A stretch of DNA of 64,000 bases, taken from an uncultured Nesterenkonia sp. GTDB taxonomy: Bacteria; Actinomycetota; Actinomycetes; Actinomycetales; Micrococcaceae. Position numbers and translations under genes: made by a program. Numbering within the stretch: position 1 is the first letter of the stretch; each line of letters starts with the position of its first letter. Of the stretch, positions 51,957-60,551 are shown one piece after another. The stretch is taken from positions 122,188-186,187 of the forward strand of contig CANLUC010000004.1 in NCBI GenBank assembly GCA_947494195.1, given 5' to 3'. The notes under the pieces are model-generated. The model made no database searches and had not been told where the DNA came from. It saw nothing but the letters and a program-made list of their open reading frames with translations.

Positions 51957-53552
51957 ATGAGCACTCACCGCCCCGTCGTCGTACTTGCCGAGGAACTCTC
52001 ACCCGCCACCGTCGAGGCCCTCGGTCCAGATTTCGAGATCCGTCAGTCCGACGGCACCGACCGGGAGCGGCTCTTCGCTGATCTCGCCGACGCGGACGCG
52101 CTGATGGTGCGCTCCGCCACCCAGGTCGACGCCGAGGCGCTCTCCCACGCCAAAGCTCTGAAGGTCGTCGCCCGGGCCGGCGTGGGTCTGGACAACGTCG
52201 ACATCAAGGCCGCCACCGCGGCCGGCGTGATGGTGGTCAACGCTCCGACGTCGAACATCACCTCCGCCGCAGAGCTCACCTGCGCGCACATCCTGGGCCT
52301 GGCGCGGCATATCTCCCCAGCACACCAGGCGCTGCGCGACGGCGCCTGGAAGCGCTCGAAGTACTCCGGAGTGGAGCTCGCAGACAAGACTCTCGGCGTG
52401 ATCGGCCTGGGCCGCATCGGCGGACTCGTGGCCGAGCGGATGAAGGCCTTCGACATGGACATCATCGCCTATGACCCCTACGTCACCTCGGCCCGGGCGC
52501 ATCAGCTCGGCGCCCAGCTGGTCGGCCTCGACGAGCTCTTCGCGAAGTCCGACGTGATCACCATCCACATGCCCAAGACCCCCGAGACCCTCGGCATGCT
52601 CAACACCGAGGCCTTCGCCAAGATGAAGGACACCGCGTTCGTGGTCAACGTCGCTCGCGGCGGACTCATCGACGAGGCCGACCTGGAGAAGGCCCTGGCC
52701 GAGGGCAGCATCGCCGGCGCCGCCGTCGACGTGTTCGCCGCAGAGCCCTCCACCGATCTCCCCTTCTTCACCCGCGAGAACGTGGTGGTCACCCCGCACC
52801 TGGGTGCCTCCACCGCCGAGGCTCAGGAGAAGGCAGGCGTCTCGGTGGCGAAGTCGGTGCGCCTGGCGCTGGCCGGCGAGCTGGTGCCCGACGCGGTCAA
52901 CGTGGCCGGCGGGGCCATCGATGAGCTCGTGCGCCCAGGCATCCCGCTGATCGAGAAGCTCGGCCGTGTGCTCAACGCTCTGGCAACGGACGCCTTCACG
53001 GACATCGAGACCGAGGCCGCCGGCGAGATCGCCGAGCTCAACGTCTCCGCGCTGCAGCTCGCGGCGCTCAAGGGCCTGTTCACCGATGTCGTCTCCGAGC
53101 AGGTCTCCTATGTCAACGCCCCGGTGCTGGCCGAGCAGCGCGGCATCTCCACCCGACTGACCACCACCACCGAGGTGGAGGATTACCGCAATGCGCTCAC
53201 AGTGCGCGGAGCCACCAGCTCCGGCACCAACCTGGAGGTCCGAGGCACCCTCACCGGGCCCAAGCAGATCCAGAAGATCGTCGGCATCAACGGCTATGAC
53301 CTCGAGATCGCGCTCACCGAACACCTGGTCGTGCTCGAGTACGCCGACCGCCCCGGAGTCGTCGGCGCACTGGGTCGGATCCTGGGCGAGCACCAGGTCA
53401 ACATCGCGGGGATGCAGGTCTCGCAGAACACCAAGGCGGGCCGCGCCCTGGCAGTGCTGGCCATCGACGCCGCTCTGCCTGCCGGGGTGCTCGATGCGAT
53501 CTGCGCCGAGGTCGAGGCGAATATGGCCGCTGAGGTCAATCTTGAGGACTGA
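51957..53552 (+). CDS. serA: D-3-phosphoglycerate dehydrogenase (long form with ACT domain)
   Basis: GVIGLGRIGGLVA, NVARGGLIDE, and a C-terminal ACT domain (DRPGVVGALGRILGEHQVNIAGM). ATG 51957 is preferred to the track start. Confidence 0.93.
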   Translation: MSTHRPVVVLAEELSPATVEALGPDFEIRQSDGTDRERLFADLADADALMVRSATQVDAEALSHAKALKVVARAGVGLDNVDIKAATAAGVMVVNAPTSNITSAAELTCAHILGLARHISPAHQALRDGAWKRSKYSGVELADKTLGVIGLGRIGGLVAERMKAFDMDIIAYDPYVTSARAHQLGAQLVGLDELFAKSDVITIHMPKTPETLGMLNTEAFAKMKDTAFVVNVARGGLIDEADLEKALAEGSIAGAAVDVFAAEPSTDLPFFTRENVVVTPHLGASTAEAQEKAGVSVAKSVRLALAGELVPDAVNVAGGAIDELVRPGIPLIEKLGRVLNALATDAFTDIETEAAGEIAELNVSALQLAALKGLFTDVVSEQVSYVNAPVLAEQRGISTRLTTTTEVEDYRNALTVRGATSSGTNLEVRGTLTGPKQIQKIVGINGYDLEIALTEHLVVLEYADRPGVVGALGRILGEHQVNIAGMQVSQNTKAGRALAVLAIDAALPAGVLDAICAEVEANMAAEVNLED

Positions 53553-53626
53553 GACCAGCTGCGCGTCCCGGCCTGATCCCGCGACCGGGCTCGGCAGCCC
53601 GGAACCGCGTGAGGTAAATTCCTAAG

Positions 53627-55237
53627 GTGACTTCTTCTCAGCCCTCGTACTACATCACCACTGCGATCTCGTACCCGAACGGGACCCCCCACATCGGGCA
53701 CGCCTATGAGTACATCGCCTCGGACGCGATGGCACGCTTCAAGCGTCTCGACGGGTACGACACGTACTTCCTCACCGGCACCGACGAGCACGGGCAGAAG
53801 ATGCAGCAGTCCGCGGAGAAGGAGGGGATCGCTCCTCGAGAGCTCGCGACCCGTAACTCGGCTGAGTTCAAGCGGGTGGACGACGAGGTCCTGGGGATCT
53901 CCTACGACCGATTCATCCGCACCACCGACGACGATCACTATGCCGCTTCCACCGCCATCTGGCGGCGCATGGTCGAGGCGGGGGACATCTACCTGGACAA
54001 GTACGCCGGCTGGTACTCGGTGCGCGATGAGCGTTTCTTCACCGCCGACGAGACCGAGGTCCGCGCGGATGGCGAACGCTACGCCACCGAAACAGGAACT
54101 CCGGTGACCTGGACGGAGGAGGAGTCTTACTTCTTCCGGCTCTCCAAGTACCAGCAGCCGCTGCTGGACTTCTTCGCCGCCAACCCCGACTTCGGCGGGC
54201 CGCGGAGCCGCTTCAACGAGGTGATCCGCTTCGTCGAGTCAGGCCTCGATGACCTCTCCATCTCCCGGACGACCTTCGACTGGGGCGTCCCGGTGCCGAA
54301 GGACCTCACCGCGCCGGAGACCGATCTCGATCACGTGATGTACGTCTGGGTGGACGCGCTCACGAACTACATCACCGGGGTCGGCTTCCCCGACACCGAG
54401 TCGGAGAGCTTCCGCAGGTTCTGGCCGGCGGATGTCCACGTCATCGGCAAGGACATCTCCCGCTTCCACTGCATCTTCTGGCCGGCCTTCCTGATGAGTG
54501 CCGGCCTGCCGCTGCCTCACCGGGTGATGATCCACGGCTTCTTGCACAACGCCGGCGAGAAGATGTCCAAGTCGGTGGGCAACGTCGTCGCCCCTGCCGA
54601 CTGGGTGGCCGAATACGGTCTGGACCCGGTGCGGTTCTTCCTGCTGCGCGAGTTCCCCTTCGGCCAGGACGGCTCGTACACCCATGAGGCCGTCGTCGGA
54701 CGCAAGAACTCCGACCTGGCGAACAACCTCGGAAACCTCGCGCAGCGCTCCCTGTCGATGATCGTGAAGAACTGCGAGGGCATGATTCCCCAGCCGGGGG
54801 AGCGCACGGCCGCCGACCGCCGGATCCTCGCTCAGGCCGAGGAGCTGCTGCAGATCAGCCGCACCGCCTACGAGATGCAGGACTTCCATCGCGCACTGGA
54901 GCGGACCTGGTTCGCGCTCGGCGAGGCCAACGCCTATTTCGCGGAGCAGGAGCCCTGGAAGCTCAAGAAGACCGATCTCTCGCGGATGAACACGGTGCTC
55001 TTCGTGACCGCCGAGGTGGTGCGCAAGGTGGCCCTGCTCGTGCAGCCGGTCATGCCGGAGTCTGCCTCGAAGCTGCTGGACGCGCTGAACATCCCCGAGA
55101 ACGGAGATGCCGGGGCCACCAACGACTCGGGGTCGGGTCCGCGCAGCTTCGCCGCCTTCGCCACCGAGCTCGTGCCCGGCACGCCGATCGAGAAGCCGGC
55201 GCCGATCTTCCCGCGGCATGAGGAGCGGGGGGACTGA
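53627..55237 (+). CDS. metG: Methionyl-tRNA synthetase
   Basis: HIGH-type motif [11 protein letters not shown] and KMSKS ([10 protein letters not shown]). GTG start. Confidence 0.93.
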   Translation: MTSSQPSYYITTAISYPNGTPHIGHAYEYIASDAMARFKRLDGYDTYFLTGTDEHGQKMQQSAEKEGIAPRELATRNSAEFKRVDDEVLGISYDRFIRTTDDDHYAASTAIWRRMVEAGDIYLDKYAGWYSVRDERFFTADETEVRADGERYATETGTPVTWTEEESYFFRLSKYQQPLLDFFAANPDFGGPRSRFNEVIRFVESGLDDLSISRTTFDWGVPVPKDLTAPETDLDHVMYVWVDALTNYITGVGFPDTESESFRRFWPADVHVIGKDISRFHCIFWPAFLMSAGLPLPHRVMIHGFLHNAGEKMSKSVGNVVAPADWVAEYGLDPVRFFLLREFPFGQDGSYTHEAVVGRKNSDLANNLGNLAQRSLSMIVKNCEGMIPQPGERTAADRRILAQAEELLQISRTAYEMQDFHRALERTWFALGEANAYFAEQEPWKLKKTDLSRMNTVLFVTAEVVRKVALLVQPVMPESASKLLDALNIPENGDAGATNDSGSGPRSFAAFATELVPGTPIEKPAPIFPRHEERGD

Positions 55238-55313
55238 ACCCGCACGATCTCAGATGCTGAGAGGCTGAACTGAACCTCTCGTGCCACTTGGATCCAGCGC
55301 ATAGAGTGACGCT

Positions 55314-56387
55314 ATGGCTGAGAACACATTTGAAATCGCAGTAATCGGTGGCGACGGCATCGGACCTGAGGTCGTTGCGGAGGCCCGCAAGGTCCTCGAC
55401 GCCGCGGTGGCGGGGGAGAGCGCCCGGCTGAACTACACCGAGTACTCCCTGGGTGCTGCGCATTGGCTCAGCACGGGGGAGACGCTGACCGAGGAGACGC
55501 TCAACGCGCTGCGCGAGCATGACGCGATCCTCTTCGGCGCGGTGGGTGCAGACCCGCTCGACACGCGCGTCCCCTCCGGCATCATCGAGCGCGAGCTGCT
55601 CCTGGGGCTGCGCTTCAACCTCGATCACTGCGTGAACCTGCGCCCCACCCGGTCCTTCCCCGGCGTCACCTCACCGCTGCGCGGGGTCGATGAGGAGCAC
55701 CCGATCGACTTCGTCGTGGTGCGCGAGGGCACCGAAGGCCCCTATGCCGGAAACGGCGGACTGCTGCGCCGTGGCACCACCGCAGAGATCGCCACAGAAG
55801 TCTCGGTCAACACCGCCTACGGCGTCCGCCGCGTGGTCGAAGACGCCTTCACCCGTGCCCAGGCTCGCGACAAGCACCTGACCCTGGTGCACAAGAACAA
55901 CGTGCTCACCTACTCCGGTGACCTCTGGACCCGGACCACCGCCGCCGTCGCGGAATCCTTCCCCGACGTCCGCTGGGACTACATGCATGTGGACGCGGCC
56001 ACCATCCACATGGTCAACAACCCGCAGCGCTTCGACGTGATCGTCACCGACAACCTCTTCGGTGACATCCTCACCGACCTCGCCCCCGCGATCAGCGGCG
56101 GCATCGGCCTGGCAGCCTCAGGCTCCATCAACACCTCGGGCACGGCGCCGTCGATGTTCGAGCCCGTGCACGGCTCCGCGCCGGACATCGCGGGCCAGCA
56201 GATCGCCGACCCCACCGCCGCGGTGCTCTCCGCCGCGCTCATGCTCGATCACCTCGGGATGTCCGAGGCCGCCGAGCGCATCGAGGCTGCAGTGTTGGGC
56301 CAGCTCACCGAATGGGCCACCGAGGGTGCTTCCGGGCTGAGCACCAGCCAGCGCGGAGATGCCTTCGTCGCGCGGCTGAGCGGTTGA
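55314..56387 (+). CDS. leuB: 3-isopropylmalate dehydrogenase
   Basis: [43 protein letters not shown]. Confidence 0.95.
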   Translation: MAENTFEIAVIGGDGIGPEVVAEARKVLDAAVAGESARLNYTEYSLGAAHWLSTGETLTEETLNALREHDAILFGAVGADPLDTRVPSGIIERELLLGLRFNLDHCVNLRPTRSFPGVTSPLRGVDEEHPIDFVVVREGTEGPYAGNGGLLRRGTTAEIATEVSVNTAYGVRRVVEDAFTRAQARDKHLTLVHKNNVLTYSGDLWTRTTAAVAESFPDVRWDYMHVDAATIHMVNNPQRFDVIVTDNLFGDILTDLAPAISGGIGLAASGSINTSGTAPSMFEPVHGSAPDIAGQQIADPTAAVLSAALMLDHLGMSEAAERIEAAVLGQLTEWATEGASGLSTSQRGDAFVARLSG

Positions 56388-56468
56388 ACGCTCGCCGCGC
56401 AGAACTCGTAGAGTAGGACCGAATCTCTGCCCGCGAGCTTCTCGTCGCTCGCCATCTGAAAGGTCACC

Positions 56469-57542
56469 ATGGAGTTTGATCACACAGCCCACCCGAATCC
56501 CACCTCAGCCGCGCGACTGGAGGAGATCCTCGCGAACCCCGGATTCGGCACCAGCTTCGCTGATCACACCGCCGTGATCGACTGGACCGCCGAGGGCGGA
56601 TGGGCCAATCCGCGGGTGGAGCCCTACGGGCCCATCGCACTGGATCCCGCTGCCTCGGTCCTGCACTATGCCCAGGAGATCTTCGAGGGCATGAAGGCCT
56701 ACCGCCACGCCGACGGCGGCATCTACACGTTCCGGCCGCTGGAGAACGCCAAGCGGCTCAACCGCTCCGCGAAGCGCATGGCGCTGCCCGAGCTGCCCGA
56801 GGAGCTCTTCGTGGCCTCCCTGGAGGAGCTCGTCCAGACGGACAAGCACTGGGTCCCCGACGGCGACGGCGAGGCGCTGTACCTGCGCCCCTTCATGTTC
56901 GCCTCCGAGGCGTTCCTCGGTGTCCGCGCCGCCCGCGAGGTCTCCTACCGGGTGATCGCCTCACCGGCCGGGAACTACTTCGGTGGCGAGCTCAAGCCTG
57001 TGCGCATCTGGGTGACCCGCGACTACATCCGTGCAGCCCCGGGCGGGACCGGCGCGGCCAAGACCGGCGGCAACTATGCGGGCTCGCTGGCCGCCCAGCA
57101 GCAGGCCACCGCCCAGGGCTGTGACCAGGTGCTCTTCCTGGATCCCACCCGCGAGAATGCCGTCGAGGAGCTCGGCGGCATGAATGTGTTCCTGGTGACC
57201 GCCGACAACCGGCTCATCACCCCCGAGCTCACCGGCACCATCCTGGAGGGCATCACCCGCGCCTCGGTCATCCAGCTGGCCAAGGACCGCGGCATGGCCG
57301 TGGAGGAACGCCGAGTGACGTTGGATGAATGGGGTGCCGGCATCGCCGATGGCAGCATCACCGAAGCCTTCGCCTGCGGCACCGCCGCTGTGATCACCCC
57401 GATCGGGGAACTCGTCGACGGCGAGCACAGCATCGCCTCCGCGGGCACCGGCGAGGTCACCACGTCGATCCGCGAGGAGCTGCTCGGCATCCAGACCGGC
57501 ACGGTCGAGGATCGCCACGGCTGGATGCACCAGCTCGCGTGA
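56469..57542 (+). CDS. ilvE: Branched-chain amino acid aminotransferase
   Basis: LHYAQEIFEGMKAY, and TGGNYAGSL with the preceding GGTGAAKT. Class IV aminotransferase fold. Confidence 0.93.
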   Translation: MEFDHTAHPNPTSAARLEEILANPGFGTSFADHTAVIDWTAEGGWANPRVEPYGPIALDPAASVLHYAQEIFEGMKAYRHADGGIYTFRPLENAKRLNRSAKRMALPELPEELFVASLEELVQTDKHWVPDGDGEALYLRPFMFASEAFLGVRAAREVSYRVIASPAGNYFGGELKPVRIWVTRDYIRAAPGGTGAAKTGGNYAGSLAAQQQATAQGCDQVLFLDPTRENAVEELGGMNVFLVTADNRLITPELTGTILEGITRASVIQLAKDRGMAVEERRVTLDEWGAGIADGSITEAFACGTAAVITPIGELVDGEHSIASAGTGEVTTSIREELLGIQTGTVEDRHGWMHQLA

Positions 57543-57588
57543 TCAGCTGAACGAGGTGGGTGATGCGCCTGGACGATAGAGTTGGTCC

Positions 57589-58362
57589 ATGCGCATTGCA
57601 CGTTTTGTCACGGACGCCGAACCTTCCTACGGACTTGTCACCGGGGAAGAGGGCGAAGAGACCATCATCGGACTTGCAGGAGACCCCTTCTATCAGGGCA
57701 TCCAGCAGACCGAGACCACCCACAAGATCGAAGATGTGCGCCTTGTCGCGCCCATCATTCCCCGTTCCAAGGTCATCGGAGTGGGAAAGAACTACGCGGA
57801 CCACGTGGCCGAGATGGGCGGCGAGATCCCGGTCTCCCCGCTGCTGTTCATGATTCCCAACACCGCCGTGCTCGGCCCGAACGAGCCGGTGACGCTGCCC
57901 TCCTTCTCCGAGGAGATCAGCTACGAGGCCGAGCTCGCCGTGGTCATCGGTCGCATCTGCAAGGACGTGCCGGTTGACCGGGTCGATGAGGTCATCTTCG
58001 GCTACACGGTCGCCAACGACCTCACCGCCCGCGACGCGCAGCGCACCGACGGACAGTGGGCTCGCGCCAAAGGCTTCGACGGATCCACGCCCCTGGGCCC
58101 GTGGATCGAGACCGAGCTGGACACAGAGGGCCTGCGGGTCACCGGTCGGCTCAACGGCGACACCGTCCAGGACGGCTCCACCTCGGAGATGATCTTCGGC
58201 GTGGCCGAGCTGGTCTCCTATATCTCCCAGGCCTTCACCCTGCTCCCGGGCGATGTCATCCTCACCGGCACCCCCGCCGGCGTCGGACTGCTCAGCTCCG
58301 GAGACCGCTTTGAGGCGGAGATCGAAGGCATCGGCACACTCGTCAACCACTTCAGGAACTGA
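57589..58362 (+). CDS. Fumarylacetoacetate hydrolase (FAH)-family protein
   Basis: [41 protein letters not shown]. Confidence 0.85.
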   Translation: MRIARFVTDAEPSYGLVTGEEGEETIIGLAGDPFYQGIQQTETTHKIEDVRLVAPIIPRSKVIGVGKNYADHVAEMGGEIPVSPLLFMIPNTAVLGPNEPVTLPSFSEEISYEAELAVVIGRICKDVPVDRVDEVIFGYTVANDLTARDAQRTDGQWARAKGFDGSTPLGPWIETELDTEGLRVTGRLNGDTVQDGSTSEMIFGVAELVSYISQAFTLLPGDVILTGTPAGVGLLSSGDRFEAEIEGIGTLVNHFRN

Positions 58363-58370
58363 TTCCCCCT

Positions 58371-59906
58371 ATGACTGTCACTGCAGCACCCGCAGAGAAG
58401 ATCCCCGCCGTCGATCCGCAGACTCAGGTTCGCGTCCGGTTCTGCCCCTCGCCCACCGGCACCCCGCATGTCGGGCTGATCCGCACCGCGCTGTTCAACT
58501 GGGCCTACGCCCGGCACACCGGCGGCAAGCTCATCTTCCGCATCGAGGACACCGACGCCGCCCGAGACTCCGAGGAGTCCTACGAGCAGCTGCTGGAGGC
58601 CCTTCGCTGGCTCGGCATCGATTGGGACGAAGGCGCGGAGGCCGGGGGACCGCATGAGCCCTACCGCCAGTCCCAGCGCGGGGAGATCTACGCCGAGGTG
58701 CTGCAGAAGCTGCAGGCGGCGGGCTTCGTCTACGAGGCCTTCTCCACTCCGCAGGAGGTGGAAGACCGGCATCTCGCCGCAGGGCGAGACCCGAAGCTCG
58801 GCTATGACGGATTCGACCGTGAGCTGAGCCAAGACCAGATCGAGGCCTACAGGGCCGAGGGTCGCGAACCGGTGCTGCGCTTCCGGATGCCCGATGAGGA
58901 GATCACCTTCACCGACGCGGTCCGTGGCGACATCACCTTCGGCGCCGGATCCGCACCGGACTTCGTCGTCGCCCGTGCCAATGGCCAGCCGCTCTACACC
59001 CTGGTCAACCCGGTGGACGACGCGCTCATGGAGATCACCCACGTGCTGCGCGGAGAGGACCTGCTCTCCTCCACCCCCCGCCAGGTGGCGCTGTACCGCG
59101 CTCTGTATGCCGTGGGAGTGGCCAAGCACATGCCAATCTTCGGGCACCTGCCCTACGTGATGGGGGAGGGCAATAAGAAGCTCTCCAAGCGCGATCCGGA
59201 ATCGAATCTCTTCCACCACCGGGACCGTGGGTTCATCCGTGAAGGGCTGCTGAACTACCTTGCGCTGCTGGGCTGGTCACTCTCGGCCGATGAAGACATC
59301 TTCACGGTGGAGCAGCTCATCGAGCACTTCGACATCGCCGACGTGCTGGCGAATCCCGCACGCTTCGACGTGAAGAAGGCCGAGGCCATCAACGGCACTC
59401 ATATCCGTCGCCTCGAGTCCGCAGATTTCCGGGACCGACTGGTGCCTTACCTGCAGGCCCGCGGGCTCGTGGGTGAGCCGCTGCATGAGCGGCAGGCCGC
59501 GATGCTCGACGGCGCCGCTCCACTGGTGCAGGAACGCATCGCCCTGCTGGACGAGGGAGCAGACATGATGAGCTTCCTCTTCGTGGAGGACTCCGCGCTT
59601 CAGATCGAGGACAAGGCCTTCAGCGGCTTGGGCGACCAGGTCTTCGAGACCCTGGATGCGTCCATCTCGGCCCTCGAGTCACTGGGCGAGCAGGCGTGGA
59701 CCACCGAGTCGGTGGAGGCCGCGCTGCGCGAAGCGCTGCTGGACGGGCTCCAGCTGAAACCACGCAAGGCCTTCGGCGCCGTGCGCTCGGCGATCTCCGG
59801 ACGTCGGGTCTCTCCGCCGTTGTTCGAATCCATGGAGCTGCTGGGTCGGGACTCTTCGCTGAGCCGGCTGCGCCGCTTCCGTGAACTCGCAGCAGCTCGC
59901 GGGTGA
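58371..59906 (+). CDS. gltX: Glutamyl-tRNA synthetase
   Basis: [22 protein letters not shown] (HIGH region) and KLSKR. Confidence 0.96.
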   Translation: MTVTAAPAEKIPAVDPQTQVRVRFCPSPTGTPHVGLIRTALFNWAYARHTGGKLIFRIEDTDAARDSEESYEQLLEALRWLGIDWDEGAEAGGPHEPYRQSQRGEIYAEVLQKLQAAGFVYEAFSTPQEVEDRHLAAGRDPKLGYDGFDRELSQDQIEAYRAEGREPVLRFRMPDEEITFTDAVRGDITFGAGSAPDFVVARANGQPLYTLVNPVDDALMEITHVLRGEDLLSSTPRQVALYRALYAVGVAKHMPIFGHLPYVMGEGNKKLSKRDPESNLFHHRDRGFIREGLLNYLALLGWSLSADEDIFTVEQLIEHFDIADVLANPARFDVKKAEAINGTHIRRLESADFRDRLVPYLQARGLVGEPLHERQAAMLDGAAPLVQERIALLDEGADMMSFLFVEDSALQIEDKAFSGLGDQVFETLDASISALESLGEQAWTTESVEAALREALLDGLQLKPRKAFGAVRSAISGRRVSPPLFESMELLGRDSSLSRLRRFRELAAARG

Positions 59907-59924
59907 TCTGAGCTGTACCTGCCG

Positions 59925-59963
59925 CTGGTGGGGCCCGGTGATTTTGTGCTTGGGCCCCACCAG
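59925..59963 (+). terminator. Hairpin after gltX
   Basis: 12-bp perfect stem CTGGTGGGGCCC / GGGCCCCACCAG with a 15-nt loop. Weakly T-rich tail. Confidence 0.45.
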
Positions 59964-60032
59964 TGTGTATAGTTGATTCCCGTTGCTGGGCGCGAAAATG
60001 CGCCTGTCGCGACAGCGTTGACAAGCAAATAT

Positions 60033-60104
60033 TGGGCTATGGTGTAATTGGCAACACAGCGGTTTCTGGTACCGTCGTTCTAGGTTCGAGTCCTAGTAGC
60101 CCAG
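60033..60104 (+). tRNA. tRNA-Gln(CTG)
   Basis: Acceptor TGGGCTA/TAGCCCA, anticodon arm GCGGT-TTCTGGT-ACCGT, T-arm CTAGGTTCGAGTCCTAG. Confidence 0.9.
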
Positions 60105-60175
60105 CGAAGACCCTCATGTGGTCTTTAACACAGTACGACCGGCCCTCGGCGACGGGGGCCAAAGCTATGGAATGC

Positions 60176-60248
60176 GGCCCCATCGTATAGCGGCCTAGTA
60201 CGCTGCCCTCTCACGGCGGTAACGCGGGTTCGAATCCCGCTGGGGTCA
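60176..60248 (+). tRNA. tRNA-Glu(CTC)
   Basis: Acceptor GGCCCCA/TGGGGTC, anticodon loop CTCTCAC, T-arm GCGGGTTCGAATCCCGC. Confidence 0.9.
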
Positions 60249-60334
60249 CGGCCGTTCGCCCCCGATCTGCTCGCAGATCGGGGATGAACTCTCCATGCAG
60301 CATCTCCAGCCCGGCTGGAGCGTCAATTTCATAG

Positions 60335-60407
60335 GGCCCCATCGTATAGCGGCCTAGTACGCTGCCCTCTCACGGCGGTAACGCGGGTTCGAATCCCGCT
60401 GGGGTCA
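60335..60407 (+). tRNA. tRNA-Glu(CTC), second identical copy (CCA follows)
   Basis: Identical to 60176-60248 and followed by CCA. Confidence 0.9.
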
Positions 60408-60423
60408 CCATCATCAGTGACGA

Positions 60424-60463
60424 AGAAGCGCCCGGTCTCGGAAGAGGCCGGGCGCTTCTTTTC
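60424..60463. terminator. Terminator hairpin shared by the tRNA operon (+) and the LAxTG gene (-)
   Basis: Stem AGAAGCGCCCGG (60424-60435) / CCGGGCGCTTCT (60448-60459). TTTTCT follows on the plus strand; the other side is pyrimidine-rich. Confidence 0.7.
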
Positions 60464-60466
60464 TGC

Positions 60467-60550
60467 GTTGAGGGGCGGATTCTCCGTGCATCTCATAGGC
60501 TTTTCGGCCCCAAGTGCCCGGAGAATCCGCCCCTCAAAGTGGGTGGGGTG
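60467..60550. repeat. Palindromic intergenic element, copy 3 (best preserved)
   Basis: TTGAGGGGCGGATTCTCCG (60468-60486) is perfectly complementary to CGGAGAATCCGCCCCTCAA (60519-60537). 32-nt spacer. Tail GTGGGTGGGGTG ends at 60550. Confidence 0.9.
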
Positions 60551-60551
60551 A

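Noticed and set aside
60486-60530. Mini-ORFs inside the palindromic elements. On the minus strand: MRCT(E/K)NPPLNAE in copies 3 and 4. On the plus strand: (M/V)(L/P)GESAPQ.GW in all copies.
   Set aside because: The similarity simply mirrors nucleotide conservation. Reading frames diverge at the first indel, copies 1 and 2 lack the minus-strand ATG, and no SD is present.
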